A stretch of DNA of 64,000 nucleotides from positions 2,170,001 through 2,234,000 of the forward strand of contig NW_026781917.1 in assembly GCF_031769215.1 (NCBI RefSeq), in the 5' to 3' direction. Positions within the stretch are counted from its first letter, which is position 1, and the number at the start of each line of letters is the position of its first letter. Both the position numbers and the translations under genes were made by a program. This document shows, one piece after another, positions 25,601 through 36,877 of the stretch. The stretch comes from Ylistrum balloti (taxonomy: Eukaryota). The notes beneath the pieces are model-generated. The model was not told the DNA's origin, ran no database searches, and worked only from the letters and a program-made list of their open reading frames with translations.

Positions 25601-27086
25601 GGCTTCAGATTTCTCTAGTGGGGTTTTCACCTGTAATGACTTCAGGGTTTGTTGACTTATAACATTGCACCTGGCCCCTGTGTCTACTTGTGTTCTTAAT
25701 GTTTTGTTGTTCACTATACAACACACTGTCCAATCATCATTGAGTCTGTTTACTGGCAAGTCATTTTCCATTCCTACATACAAATCTGTCTCTCTAGCAT
25801 CACTTGTACTGTCATCTGTGAGGTAATTCTCCACCACCTGTACTAACATTTTACTGTTCTTTTTGTTGTACTTTGGTTTCTCACTACGACATTGGCTCGC
25901 AAAATGATTCATCTTTTTGCACAGATTACACTTCTTACCATATGCAGGACATGTTGCTCCTTTGAATTTGTGTTCATACCCACACTTGTTACATTTCACT
26001 TCAGTTTTTTCATGTCTCTGTCTCGTACTTTGTGTATTTCTGCTCTTCTTATTCGTTGTTTGTTTAACGATGTGGACCTTGGGGTCCTCTTGACTAAACA
26101 TACTTTTCAGCTGTTTCTGTGATATTTCGTGTGTCCTGGCTATATCCATTGACTTCTGTAGTGTCAGTTCAGAACCTTCATTAATAAGTTTTTCTCGAAC
26201 TTTAGCTGACTTGACACCCAAGATTATGTGATCATGGACGATTTCATCTTCCATCTCAGGAGCATAACAGTGATGTCGAATGAGTCCAAAGAAATACAAA
26301 CTAAACGCCTTTAATGAGTTCCTTTATTACATATACAAAGTTCCTAGTTCCTACAGCCATAGTCCACAATCATCACAAACACAGTGTAGGGGTTCTTGGT
26401 TGCACCTAGCTTGCGCCCCAACCTGCGGTAAAAAACTGAAAAATACAGAAATTAACCTGTCCTTAGTACATATTTTACCTTTAGAGCCACAAAACAAACA
26501 TATTTCAACAAAATTAATCAAATTTCAAACGTTTAAACCGTATTAAAGTTACCTCATGGGTCACCTAAGCCTTGCCAAATTTGCATGTCTGTTTCCTTTG
26601 GACTTTCACGTAAACATATCCCATGATGCATTTTTCCACGACGTACAAAGAATGAACTCTGAACCCTGACCTGACTACCAGAGCGGACGGACAATATAAA
26701 ACTAGCGTTTCACTACAATAACCACAGTCTTTAAATAAGACTCTCAAGTCTGTCATGGATTGTTCAAACGGTTCATCTTTAGACTGAACCCGGGACTTCA
26801 GCCGATACCGTGCAAATATTATATTTGACTTGGGTTCACAGTAATTTTCAAAGCCATTGAAGTACGTTTCGAGCTTTTTTCTTTCATCTGCGGTTACATT
26901 CCATGTAGAGAAGATGTTTCTTCCCTTTTCTCCAACCCATAGCATTAGATAATTACATTTTGGTTCTTCATTCTTACCAGCAAGCGGTCCACCAAATGTA
27001 AATTCACAATGAGTTTTGAATGCTTTGAATGCCGTCGGTAGGTCGTTTGATGACCAGTCCATTTTGGGGTATTTGTCCTGTTCCAT
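22611..27086 (-). pseudogene. Gypsy gag-pol coding region, broken
   Basis: Split across ORFs 26565-27086, 25148-26299, 24709-25221, 24426-24746, 23070-24098 and 22611-22958 by an insertion in gag, a poly-C expansion, frameshifts, a TAG in RNase H (RALTPT*ERYSQIEKE) and a TGA in the integrase C-terminal region. Confidence 0.93.
26269..26717 (-). mobile_element. 449-bp insertion, probable solo LTR nested in the Gypsy gag
   Basis: Flanked by a 5-bp direct repeat ATAAC (26264-26268 and 26718-26722). Ends are TGTAGTG...CATCACT on the minus strand (TG...CA with one change), with AATAAA about 55 nt from its 3' end. Removing it restores gag ...FKDCGY-APEMEDEIVHDHIILG. Confidence 0.82.
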
Positions 27087-27108
27087 CTTTTGACAATGAT
27101 TTGACTTT

Positions 27109-27126
27109 ATCCCGCTTCTGACACCA
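27109..27126 (-). promoter_or_regulatory. Primer-binding site, tRNA-Leu-type
   Basis: Minus-strand TGGTGTCAGAAGCGGGAT lies directly inside the 5' LTR and is complementary to a tRNA 3' end ...AUCCC(G/A)CUUCUGACACCA, as in metazoan tRNA-Leu(CAA). Confidence 0.85.
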
Positions 27127-27283
27127 TGTTACATACAAAGAACCACACCATATCTTGTTACAACAACATTCTATTCAGCCAGACGCTTGACATACATATT
27201 AACAATTACAAACACAGATGAGACCAAGACTAACGGGAAACACTATTGACCTGAACATGGACATTAAATGTTATTACACGACA
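27127..27283 (-). repeat. 5' LTR of the Gypsy element
   Basis: Direct repeat of 22041-22197; adjacent to the PBS. Confidence 0.95.
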
Positions 27284-28339
27284 AATGTCTCTACCAAGCT
27301 ATTTTCATTATGGTCTTAGTAAATATGAAATTAAGTATCAGTTTCTGGTGTGATAAAAATCAACAAGAATATACAAACATATCATTATTTTCATGACCCA
27401 ACCTCAAATTCAAAAAAACTATATGAAAAAAAAAATGAAAAAAAAAAAAAAAATGAACGGAGACTCCTGGAAAAAAACAGGGATAAGACCAGATGTAAAC
27501 TAAATTCCACGAGGGTATGGAAAGCTCACTACACAGAAGAGTTCCATTTCAAGCATAGAATCACACGTTGATAGAAGCTCGATATCAGTTTAGATTAAAA
27601 GATACTCTCGTCAGTGTGATTATCGTTTATAAGCGGCGTAGTCATTGTACTCGTGGGTTAATACATAAAACTGAAAATCATCTGTTTGATTCCAAGATGA
27701 CTGCGCCCAGTATAAATTTGTAAGAAATCATAACTTTAAAAGGTGTGTTGGTACCGCAGCGAGACACAAATTAACACTTAAATAACTTGACAACAGATCA
27801 AATTTTCTAACATTTGACCTTTTAAAGACATGCGTTAATTTTCTAACGACTAGACATGTTTCCCCTTAAGCATCCTGATTTTCTCTTCAGCACAAAATAA
27901 CTTTAGTAAGTATGTGGATATCAAATATCTTCCTTCTATCGCATTTATTAAAATTTACTGATAAACGGTGTCTTGGCACGAAAAATATCTATATTAGGAA
28001 ACATGTGTGGTAAGAAAGATAACGAACACGTGATATTTTATAATGAATACAGCGTTATTTTATGTCTGTACAACAGTGATCATTAATTTTGTTTTTCCTT
28101 TTTATAAACATTCCTGAAGCTTGTTTTGTTGTTTGTGTATTATGTCCTCATAACATCTGTGGTACAAACGAAAGAAAACCCAACTTCGAAATAAAATGGA
28201 TCCGCTGAAGAAAGTCACAAGGAGAACGCACCAACAATGATAATTCATGTTAAAGCCAAGAGTCTGGAGAAAGATGTTGGGGCAAACTCTTCTATATAAT
28301 GCGTTGAAACTGTTGAGCAACACAGCTGTGAGTCGGGTG

Positions 28340-29290
28340 ACCGATTGGGAGAACTGTTCAATAAAGAACTAATGAGAGATCGACAGAAGAGAGCGAATGT
28401 TAATTCAGGGATGGAATTAGAGGGACAAAAACATTACATTTTTGTTAGAGAATCGGGACAAACGAGAAAAGAATTTAAACATTTAAGATGAAAATCAGAA
28501 CTGTCTCAAAAAGAAGGTTAAATTTTCTGGAGAGAATAAAAACTTTCGCGAAGAGATGATGAAAATTCAAAAAGAGAATTAGAAATTTCGCGAAGGGCAG
28601 CTGAAATATCAAGGATATAATTTGAATTTTCGGGAAAAGAAGATGAAAATAACAGGACAAATGGCTTTTTATCTAGTGATAATAACGTTACTGTAAATAC
28701 TTGAAATGAATTGGCTACTGCCCTTGATGAGATTATGCGAAATCATCGATAGGTCAAAATATCTAGATGTGAGAATGTTCGGATCGGAACCGGAAATGTG
28801 GAACAAATCAAACATAATTTGTAGCCAGTGTCTTCTATACTGGGCGATATGTGTGAACAGTACGAAGATATACAGGTAAACGTTTATTTGAAAACTACGT
28901 CTAGCAGCATCTAAAACTGCATACAATTAATTGCAAAAATGAACCTACTTAACTACTGTTAATTTCATATATTTTACAGTCCAATATTTAAGGTAACCAT
29001 TTCTATTCACAATATGTACTTCTAAAAGAAGCAGTAACACAAACTGACTGATTTCCTAGAAACAAAAACTAAAACATCATACATCTGCTGAGGAGACAAA
29101 TAAGTTAAGTAAAACCGAAAATAATTTACAAGAAAAAATGTTTATGTGTGATCTATGTCATTTGTCAAATACAAAACCATCTAGCAATATATGGGGACCG
29201 CCTGCAGTTCACGGTTCTGTTGTAAGCTCTCGTGTGATCCTGATTAAAAATGTAAAACAAATGATCTAGATACCCAGTCGCTTAAAAGAA
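28340..29290 (+). pseudogene. Paralogue D of the coiled-coil/RHIM-like family (pseudogene)
   Basis: The first-exon remnant ends ...NELATALDEIMRNHR*VKISRCENVRIGTGNVEQIKHNL*PVSSILGDMCEQYEDIQ at 28875 with an intact GT donor, and has seven in-frame stops. The second-exon remnant (about 28980-29290) reads HKLTDFLE/LKHHTSAEE...MCDLCHLSNTKPSSNIWGPPAVHGSVVSS...KNVKQ with frameshifts. The 5' limit is approximate. Confidence 0.9.
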
Positions 29291-29904
29291 GGTAATGTCC
29301 AACTCTCCGAATGCTTAATATGGAAAGTTAAATCTTTATCAATGCCATTGCTTAAATAGAAACGATTGTAAACTACGAATAATAGAACCAATTGATCATT
29401 ACATACAATTAAAAACCAAATAAGGTTTTAGATTTATAAAACATCTTAATATGTACAAGTATATTGCATTCAAAAGGATAAAATAAAACTGAAAATCCGC
29501 AATTAAGATTTCTCTAATTTGTTATCATGTCAACCGAAATGAGTAAAATTTGATGACATACAGGTAATAATATAAGCGGATGAATATATGGATGGTAAGC
29601 TCAGACGCCAATGAGAATTCAACCTATAGCGCATAAAATTTCGCGTTGTTAACATAATATCCTAATTGGGAAAACGAAGGGACGTAACTCTTACACGCGT
29701 TAGCCGAAATCTGTGTTACGATGGGTAGATGAAAAAGGAGAAATCTGTGTTACGATTGGTAGACAAAAAAGGAGAAATGACCACGAAGTGCATTCATACT
29801 TATTTAAGATTTTTTTTCTTCTTTTTTTTTTTTTTTTTGAATTATGGTAAAATAACAATAATTCACAGTAATGGTCATGAACATGATGAGAGTATCTCAA
29901 AATG

Positions 29905-30830
29905 ATAACTTAGATTTCAAATATAAAGTTTACAAAACTGAAACAGGTTGGAATCCACTCAAACAGGGAAGAGGGGAATCAAAGCTTACCACTTTCTACA
30001 AAATACAAAACAAAACCTTAGAAAGCTTAATACTACTTAATAGGCGTGACTTAAACATGGAGTTGAGAAATCCAGACAACTATCAAGTCCCCGAAGTAGT
30101 CTGGATATTATGAACAAGTCTTTCGTTCCGTCGTCTATAAATTTGTGGAATAATTTAGACAATCGGCTGTATCACTTAAACATTTAGAACCAAACAATTC
30201 CACATCCACTCTTCAGTTCATGATTATTTACATTCTAATAATCGATACCTCTCTGTTGTACATGGCCGCATTAGACATTCCTGTAGTGGCTTGCGTTCAG
30301 ATTTATATAGGGTTGGCATTTGCCAATCCCCGAATTGTTCGTGTTGTGATGGAATTGAACACGTAAGTCATTATTTCCTTACATGTTCATTATTTTCTAA
30401 TTGAAGACGCATATTGTTTGATACTTTGTGTGATTCAGGCGTAGATTTGAATATAGAGACTATCTTATGGGGCGACAGTGATGTTTACTCATTATAAATT
30501 AATTGTAATACTGTTAAATTTGTTCAAAGGTTTCTAAAACAAACAAAGCGTTTTAACACTACCTAATGATGAACTGTTTATAGTCGACACTGATTTTTTT
30601 CTCTTCTTTTCTTTCTATCTTATCATCTCATCTTCTCCTCCTTTTGACAAAATGATTTAAACTTACCATTGTACGTCTACGAAATACTTATCTTCATATT
30701 TATAGTATAAATACGTGTCACGTGCAGTATATTAATTATTTGTAATTTCATTTATGGAGAAGAATTCATAAGTTACTAGAACTTGTCTCTGATCCATTTA
30801 TCTATTACTAATAATAAAATATGTTTAAAT
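29905..30830 (+). mobile_element. 5'-truncated, decayed LINE (CR1/L2-group RT C-terminus plus 3' UTR)
   Basis: Frames give YKTETGW.PL....KLTTFYKIQN, SFVPSSINLWNNLD, RIRHSCSGLRSDLYRVGICQSPNCSCC...HYFLTC and ETILWGD...FVQRFLKQTKRF, the typical tail of CR1/L2-group RT ORFs. Ends with AATAAAATATGTTTAAA. Confidence 0.8.
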
Positions 30831-31684
30831 CACTTAGTAGATATGCCACACAACTAACCTACGATTACGACAACAAACAATAGATGATTAACTGGAATGC
30901 TGTGACGTAATTATCCTCGAATTATATTCGCCTTATGTGAGACCATACCATGTATATATTTTCTTATCAACATCAGTTTGTAATTCAGCCAGTATTGTGA
31001 CCGACATCTTTTTGAATATATTTTTTCAGTATAGAACATATTTTCACAATGAACTTATTCATATATTCATTTTTATCATTAGACTTGAAATACAAGGGCT
31101 GATTGATAAGTTGTGAGCCTTGTATTGAAGAAGGTAATAAGACTTTCATCTATTTCCAAAATTCGGTTTGATGATTACGTCATACATGCAGTGGAGGACT
31201 TTCTGAACGGTCAAGAAAATTATTTTAAGTGGCATTGAGGCCATTTAACATCGTTGGCAAAAGTTTATAGATACCGAAGGAGATTCTGTTGAAAAATAAT
31301 GCAATACGTTAGCCAGAAGTCAAACCCTTAAATATGACCTGGTATATTGTTTTTTTAATCGTGCCTCTCATATTTATAATAACAATAAAAATAACGTAGA
31401 TAGAGAAGAAAGGACCCATAGACCTTAAATGCCTTCGAATTCAAGCTGATGTAGGCACCGCAATGTTTTTACCTCACGCGTGAAATGATCTTCCAATATG
31501 TTGACATAATCACTATCTCATACCTGAACGCTGGCTGACAGAAAACCGTTGAATTTTACTTGTGTAATACCGTGTTTATCATCTAGGACAGGTAAAAATC
31601 AAAGGTCAAGACATGATAAAGCTTTTCTTTCCTTATCTGAAAAATGGAGAGATGTGTTCTAAAAATACAGGTAACCTCATTTCT

Positions 31685-32025
31685 TTATTTCTTTCCTTCA
31701 TTCCATGTATATTTTAATGATGTCACCAGTGTACTTGGAGATAAATCGATTGTCATATGATTGGATTTTCTCCTTTTAAAATCACCTATGCTGACCCAAC
31801 TTGTTATATCGGGACACAGGACAAAAATAGACGATTCTTGATGATAAAGCTTTGATACAGATCTGCGCAATGATTGGTTCATAAGCGCTGGTATATTTGT
31901 AATTGGCCATGTGACACCACAGTATATCCTGTTCGGGCTATCCTTGTCATCATTATTGATAATTCCCCACCCTTTTATCAACAGCTGCGCATCAGTAATA
32001 TAGGTTAAGATAAACGTGTCACCAA
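31685..32025 (-). CDS. Possible orphan terminal coding exon, product unknown
   Basis: 112 open codons in AT-rich DNA, starting at a good acceptor GTGTTTTGTCCAG (32026-32027) and ending TAA. No upstream exon or family identified. Confidence 0.3.
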
Positions 32026-32439
32026 CTGGACAAAACACAGCATATCAAATGAAGTATGCAATGAGGTTAGATTTTTTATTTAATAAAAATTTAATATCAA
32101 AACCGAGTTTTGTGTTATTTTTTAAAAATTGTATCTCGATGTTATATTGTAAGTCTTAGTACATGCATATCGATTATTTAAATGACCTATCTTATTTCAC
32201 CACGGACTCAGATCTATATAAAAGTCCAGCAGAATAGTCGGACGGTTCGGAATATACACATACAATCTGATTAAAATACAGGTCTTAATTTAACCTCTCC
32301 ATTTTTTTTGTAAATGGACGGAAAATGTTGAATTGGTAAATAAAGATATATATTTAAAATCAGATGGAATACATCTTAATTAAACTTATTCATTTTGCTA
32401 CAATAATGAAACAACGAAACAAGTTATTTCAACTTATAT

Positions 32440-32625
32440 TATCACTCTTGTTGGCCCGGATGTAAGCGCGCGAGGGATCTTAGTGTGGGAGGAGACTGGA
32501 GTACCCGGGACAAACCCACGTGGTCTGGCAGGTGACTCCTAACCCTTTCTAATCCTCTCCGGGAGTTACCACTGCTCAAACCGACCATCTTATATACATG
32601 ACGTTTACATGAAATGACGAACTTT
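32440..32625 (-). mobile_element. SINE fragment with a V/Deu-type central domain
   Basis: Minus-strand GTGGGTTTGTCCCGGGTACTCCAGTCTCCTCCCACAC resembles the conserved central motif of V-SINE-like families (from recall). It is followed by a GCGCGC...CCAACAAGAGTGATAATAATAA tail. Confidence 0.7.
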
Positions 32626-32999
32626 CTTGAATTATGGAGTAAGTGCACTCAATCATCTAGACTGATAAACTGTTCTTGTCTATATTTACATACTTTTTTT
32701 TCTAATCTCAGGTATGTCGAAATATTTTGTTTCGTTTTCCAGTTCAAACAGGTGTATTTGCATTTTCTTATGTATACATTTAGCTGCGCTGCTTGTTTAT
32801 ACTTTCAATCCATTAAGCATACAACATTGGTGAAATGAGATAAACATGTTGTTATCGATTGCAAATCAATAACAGTGATGTTATTTCGTTAATTTGAGTG
32901 GATTAGTTGGCTATTGATTATTGCTTATCCTGTGACGTAGTATTCTTTTGGAAAAAAGGACATTTAAGCGCTACGCGTGTTAGTTTAGTAAAGCTTCCA

Positions 33000-33141
33000 T
33001 CGTCGATATGATAACGACAGGACCTTCAGTGGCTAAGGACAGGGTGCCATGGTTACTGGTCCAGTCAACATGCCTACTGACATGTGTGATAACAAATATG
33101 GCGCTCATCCAGGTAACAAGGACTTTTGAGTTATACTGAAG
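33000..33141 (+). other. Candidate non-coding first exon of the CUB gene, containing a uORF (33008-33139)
   Basis: GC-richer island ending in a strong donor GAAG/GTAAGT (33142). The next + strand acceptor with a 5' UTR is at 36784. The link is inferred. Confidence 0.4.
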
Positions 33142-33679
33142 GTAAGTTGGAATCATTCCGATAAGGCGAGGGATAAAATCACTTATATTGATTTATCATT
33201 TTAATTATCAAAATTACTTAGATAAAGATTATGTTTATCTGATTTCTACCGTTGTTTACCTTATATAGGTATGTAAAGAGGTATGTCACTACAAAGCTAT
33301 ATCTCAGCTGTTACAGAAAAGGACGATATTCATGCTAAAGTCATTTCAGTTTAGTTTGGAAAAATTACGATATGGTTTTGAATATCTTGCTATTATTTAC
33401 ATATATATATAGTACATGTTTACTTAGTACATTCTTCAGTTTTCGCATTTTTCACTATTTTGGTTACTGAAATCAACAAATGGTTGAAATAGCAAGTTCA
33501 GTACATTTTAGTTTCAGGTGTACGATAGTAGACCCAGGTGTGATAACAAAGTCACAATAAAGTGAAGTTAGAATCGCCTTGCTTTTAGTAAAAGACAACT
33601 GGATTATATTCACTCAGGAGATCTCCTTTTGTCATCGATTAGGTCATATCAATTAAAATTGAATACAACATGCGTTTGT

Positions 33680-34078
33680 GGAAACACCAGGCCCCCGGTT
33701 GCAACAAAATTCAGAAGTGGAACATTTAAACTATCATGTAATGCATGTGCCAATTGCGTGCAAACTTTGTGAAACACTTATGTATTCATTGTGGTAATGA
33801 TTTTTTTAAATGTAGGTCAAAGGTCAAGGTCAAGATTACATGGTGAAAAAATAAAACACTGGAAAGGTCTTGGCACGAGGAACACACATGCCAAATATGA
33901 AAGCCATACCTCTATGATGTAATAGTTATGGCTAATGCTATTTTTTTTCAAAAGTCAATGTCAATGTCACATGATGACAAATTTTGAAACCACCGGAAAG
34001 GTCTTTTCACAAGGAATACTTATGCCATGTATGAACACACAGAAAAAAAGTCCCCGATCTTTTCATCTGGGGACATAA
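33680..34078 (-). mobile_element. pearl/CvA/HINE-like element with two diverged internal core repeats
   Basis: Hairpin GTCCCC-GATCTTTTCATCT-GGGGAC at 34050-34074. Two core copies with AAGGTCAAGGTCA/AAAGTCAATGTCA...GGAAAGGTCTT...ATGCCA(A/T)...TATGAA. It is the inverted homologue of 18401-18565. Confidence 0.65.
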
Positions 34079-36877
34079 TGACTCTGTGAGCAAAGACGCC
34101 GAATCTATCTTCAGGCAATAAACACAGACGAACTGATAAGCTCTGATTTTTTCCAATGTAACCATGCAGCAATATATTTCTCTGTGACAAGGATTTGGTC
34201 TGACTGTACAGAAAAGAAAATTAAAGAAAGAAAGACAGACAGAAAGTTTGATTCTATATCAGTTCACAGTGTTATATGACTAGGGAGGTAGATTTAAATG
34301 TCCCTATTTTGAAACATTGTGTTGCTAAATTGCAATTTTATGTAATTGTTTTGTAAAATTTTTAATACTGTCATGGGCGCCACCGGAAGTCGTTCACTTA
34401 CTTATTGATTCAATTGTCATCATGTCGCAAAATAGTTAAGTATTGACTTTGAATAAAACATCCCCTATAAACGATTCTATAGCTACCATCCCTAGACCTA
34501 GCAGTCATATACTGTATTGCTTCATTTCCCCATAAATGGAATGCATCTTATTTGTAATGTCGGCGAATCCGATTGATTTACAGCTTGAATGTATTGTGGT
34601 TATTATTGTCAGTGGTTCTGAAGTAATAGCGAAATTGACGTCACATTTGAATCGAATTTATTTCTTGTTATCTAAGCGACAGATGGGTATCTTTGCATTA
34701 CACGATCCCTCATTGATCGCATCACTATTACGTTAATAATGACTAATCATTTGAAATCTGGGTTTGGTAGCAATTTACAGAAGATGGAAACAAATCATTT
34801 GCATGACCTTTGCAGTCAAGGTAAAAAGTCTTTCTGGCATAGCAGATATTGATTAGAACTAGATGAAATAACGAGTTGTTACTTTTATTTTCAGATTTTC
34901 TCTCTTTCTAATCTCTCCTTTGGAAAAAATGAACATTTCGCTGATAGATATTGAATTTAGAATATTACCTTCACAATTTTTACCAGTCAATCTTACTCAT
35001 TTCCAGTATATTTAATTCTGGTGTTCATCTTTGACGGTGTAGTCCAGGTAATCGTTAGACAATTAAATGCAGATTTCTATGTCTCGCCTCTTTCAATAAT
35101 AATTCATTAATTCCTCAAAATTGAACACTCTAATGTCAGACGGTAACAAATATGTATTTGCAACATATAAATTATTGTCAATTTTCTCCCTGTAGATGTT
35201 TGATTTGAATATATTTCACGAATACCATAGTCTTAAGAAATCATATCAAGAATGACAAATGACATGATATAGAAATATTCTTTGTATCTTTGTAATTCAA
35301 CATCGAACTTACTCTTCCGGAACACCTGGTCTTATTCTTCTTGTACTTGTTCAGGAGACATGTTGGTATTTTCTTATTGTTTATCGTAGAAAAACCCAAA
35401 CATTTCATCTCGTGATATTTGTAGTCACACTTCGTTAAATATCTTTAAAAAAGATGTGTTCTCCAATAAAACACGACAGCCTGTGTTTTACTATTTTCAA
35501 ATTTGCGTTGGTATTTTATAAGTTATACAAACCTTGTATGGGTATATCACTGTTAAATGAAGGTTTCAGTTCCGTGGTCGAACACGTGAACTATGAGAGT
35601 CGTTCCAACATTTCTATCTGGCCCTCGAACACCGACGAGTATCTGTATTTATCACAAACTTCTTAACTGTTGTCCAATACCTACGGTTATCACTTAAGAA
35701 AATAAAAAGTTTATTTTCTGATAAATACCACGAGTTTTCAAGAAAAAAATCATCCCCCGAGTTCGAAAAGATGAGTATGATAAAAAGTTCCAGCCTTTTT
35801 ATAGATATCATAAAATGTTTAATTCTAATTAAAAAAGATTGTCTGTGTAAAATTTTCCGAGTTAGTTCCGTTTAACATCCTATCAAATTATCCTTTTATG
35901 GTCATGAATACGAGTTAATACTTAGGAAAGATACTCTCCACATGAAAATGATCACCTGATCACGCTGACACGACTTAATGAATATGGATTCATATTTCAT
36001 GTTCGTTTAACCTGTCACTAATAGTCAGATTGTTCCGGGAATGTCATAGATAAGATATGGCAGCCATTACGGATACGATGATGTCCTGGCATTTTGCCAA
36101 ACATATCTTCGTTATAGGTAGATGATAGACGATTATGTGAGAATTATTCAGGTTAACAAGGAATACCGATTGTGTTTATGTTGTGATTTGATGTATAATC
36201 TGTCGAGGTGTAGTCTTGTTAAAAATTCGTAAATAACTTTAAATATGAAGTAAGAATTTTTGTGATTGAACGGACCCAAACAGTGATAACAGTTACAATA
36301 TTTGAATACGTGGTAGATGTATTATTTAACTTAACGCAATATAAAAGATAAGCTACATTTTTTTTTCTTTCCGAAACATGTAAAAGTTCAAAATATAGGT
36401 GACTGTTGCGTTAATACTCACCTTTCATACTGCATAGAATTACTCTTGTTTTTAAACGGCGAGGAATTGTTTCTTCATATCGAATTTCATTGAAAAATGA
36501 CAAAAAAAAAAAAAAAAAAACACACAAACAAACGAACGGAAAAACCTACCAAATTATTGTGAAGACTGAAATGATGATACGCATTAACTGTCACCTTCTT
36601 TATCAATAATTATTGTAAACTCACAGTCATTGATTAAACTAAGGTAATATTTTTTATATGAAATAATCCGATCATTTGCGTGAACGCACGTTGTTTTTCG
36701 TTTACTACAATGTGTATGTTTCTTTCTATTGGATCGTCGTTTTTGTTCCAGTATGTTTACCTTTTTATTTTCTTTATTTTTCAGACATCGAAGCGTAGTA
36801 GCCTTTACTAGTGAATCACTGACTGACCAGCATGGGATCAGGAGGATGATCTTCAGAGATTCGGACATCATGTAGGA

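Larger units (their letters stand above)
22041..27283 (-). mobile_element. Full-length degenerate Ty3/Gypsy LTR retrotransposon
   Basis: 157-bp TG...CA LTRs at 22041-22197 and 27127-27283 (5 mismatches by hand alignment). TSD AATGT at 22036-22040 and 27284-27288. Domain order is gag (CCHC knuckle CNLCKKMNHFASQC), protease (VDTGA), RT (CLDPRDLN, LDATSGFWQ, MPFGL, IVDD), RNase H, integrase (HEAH...CNIC, DDE core, SDNGPQF). Confidence 0.97.

Noticed and set aside
31091-31120. Mariner-like terminus TACAAGGGCTGATTGATAAG
   Set aside because: No matching inverted end or transposase was found nearby, so an element cannot be delimited.
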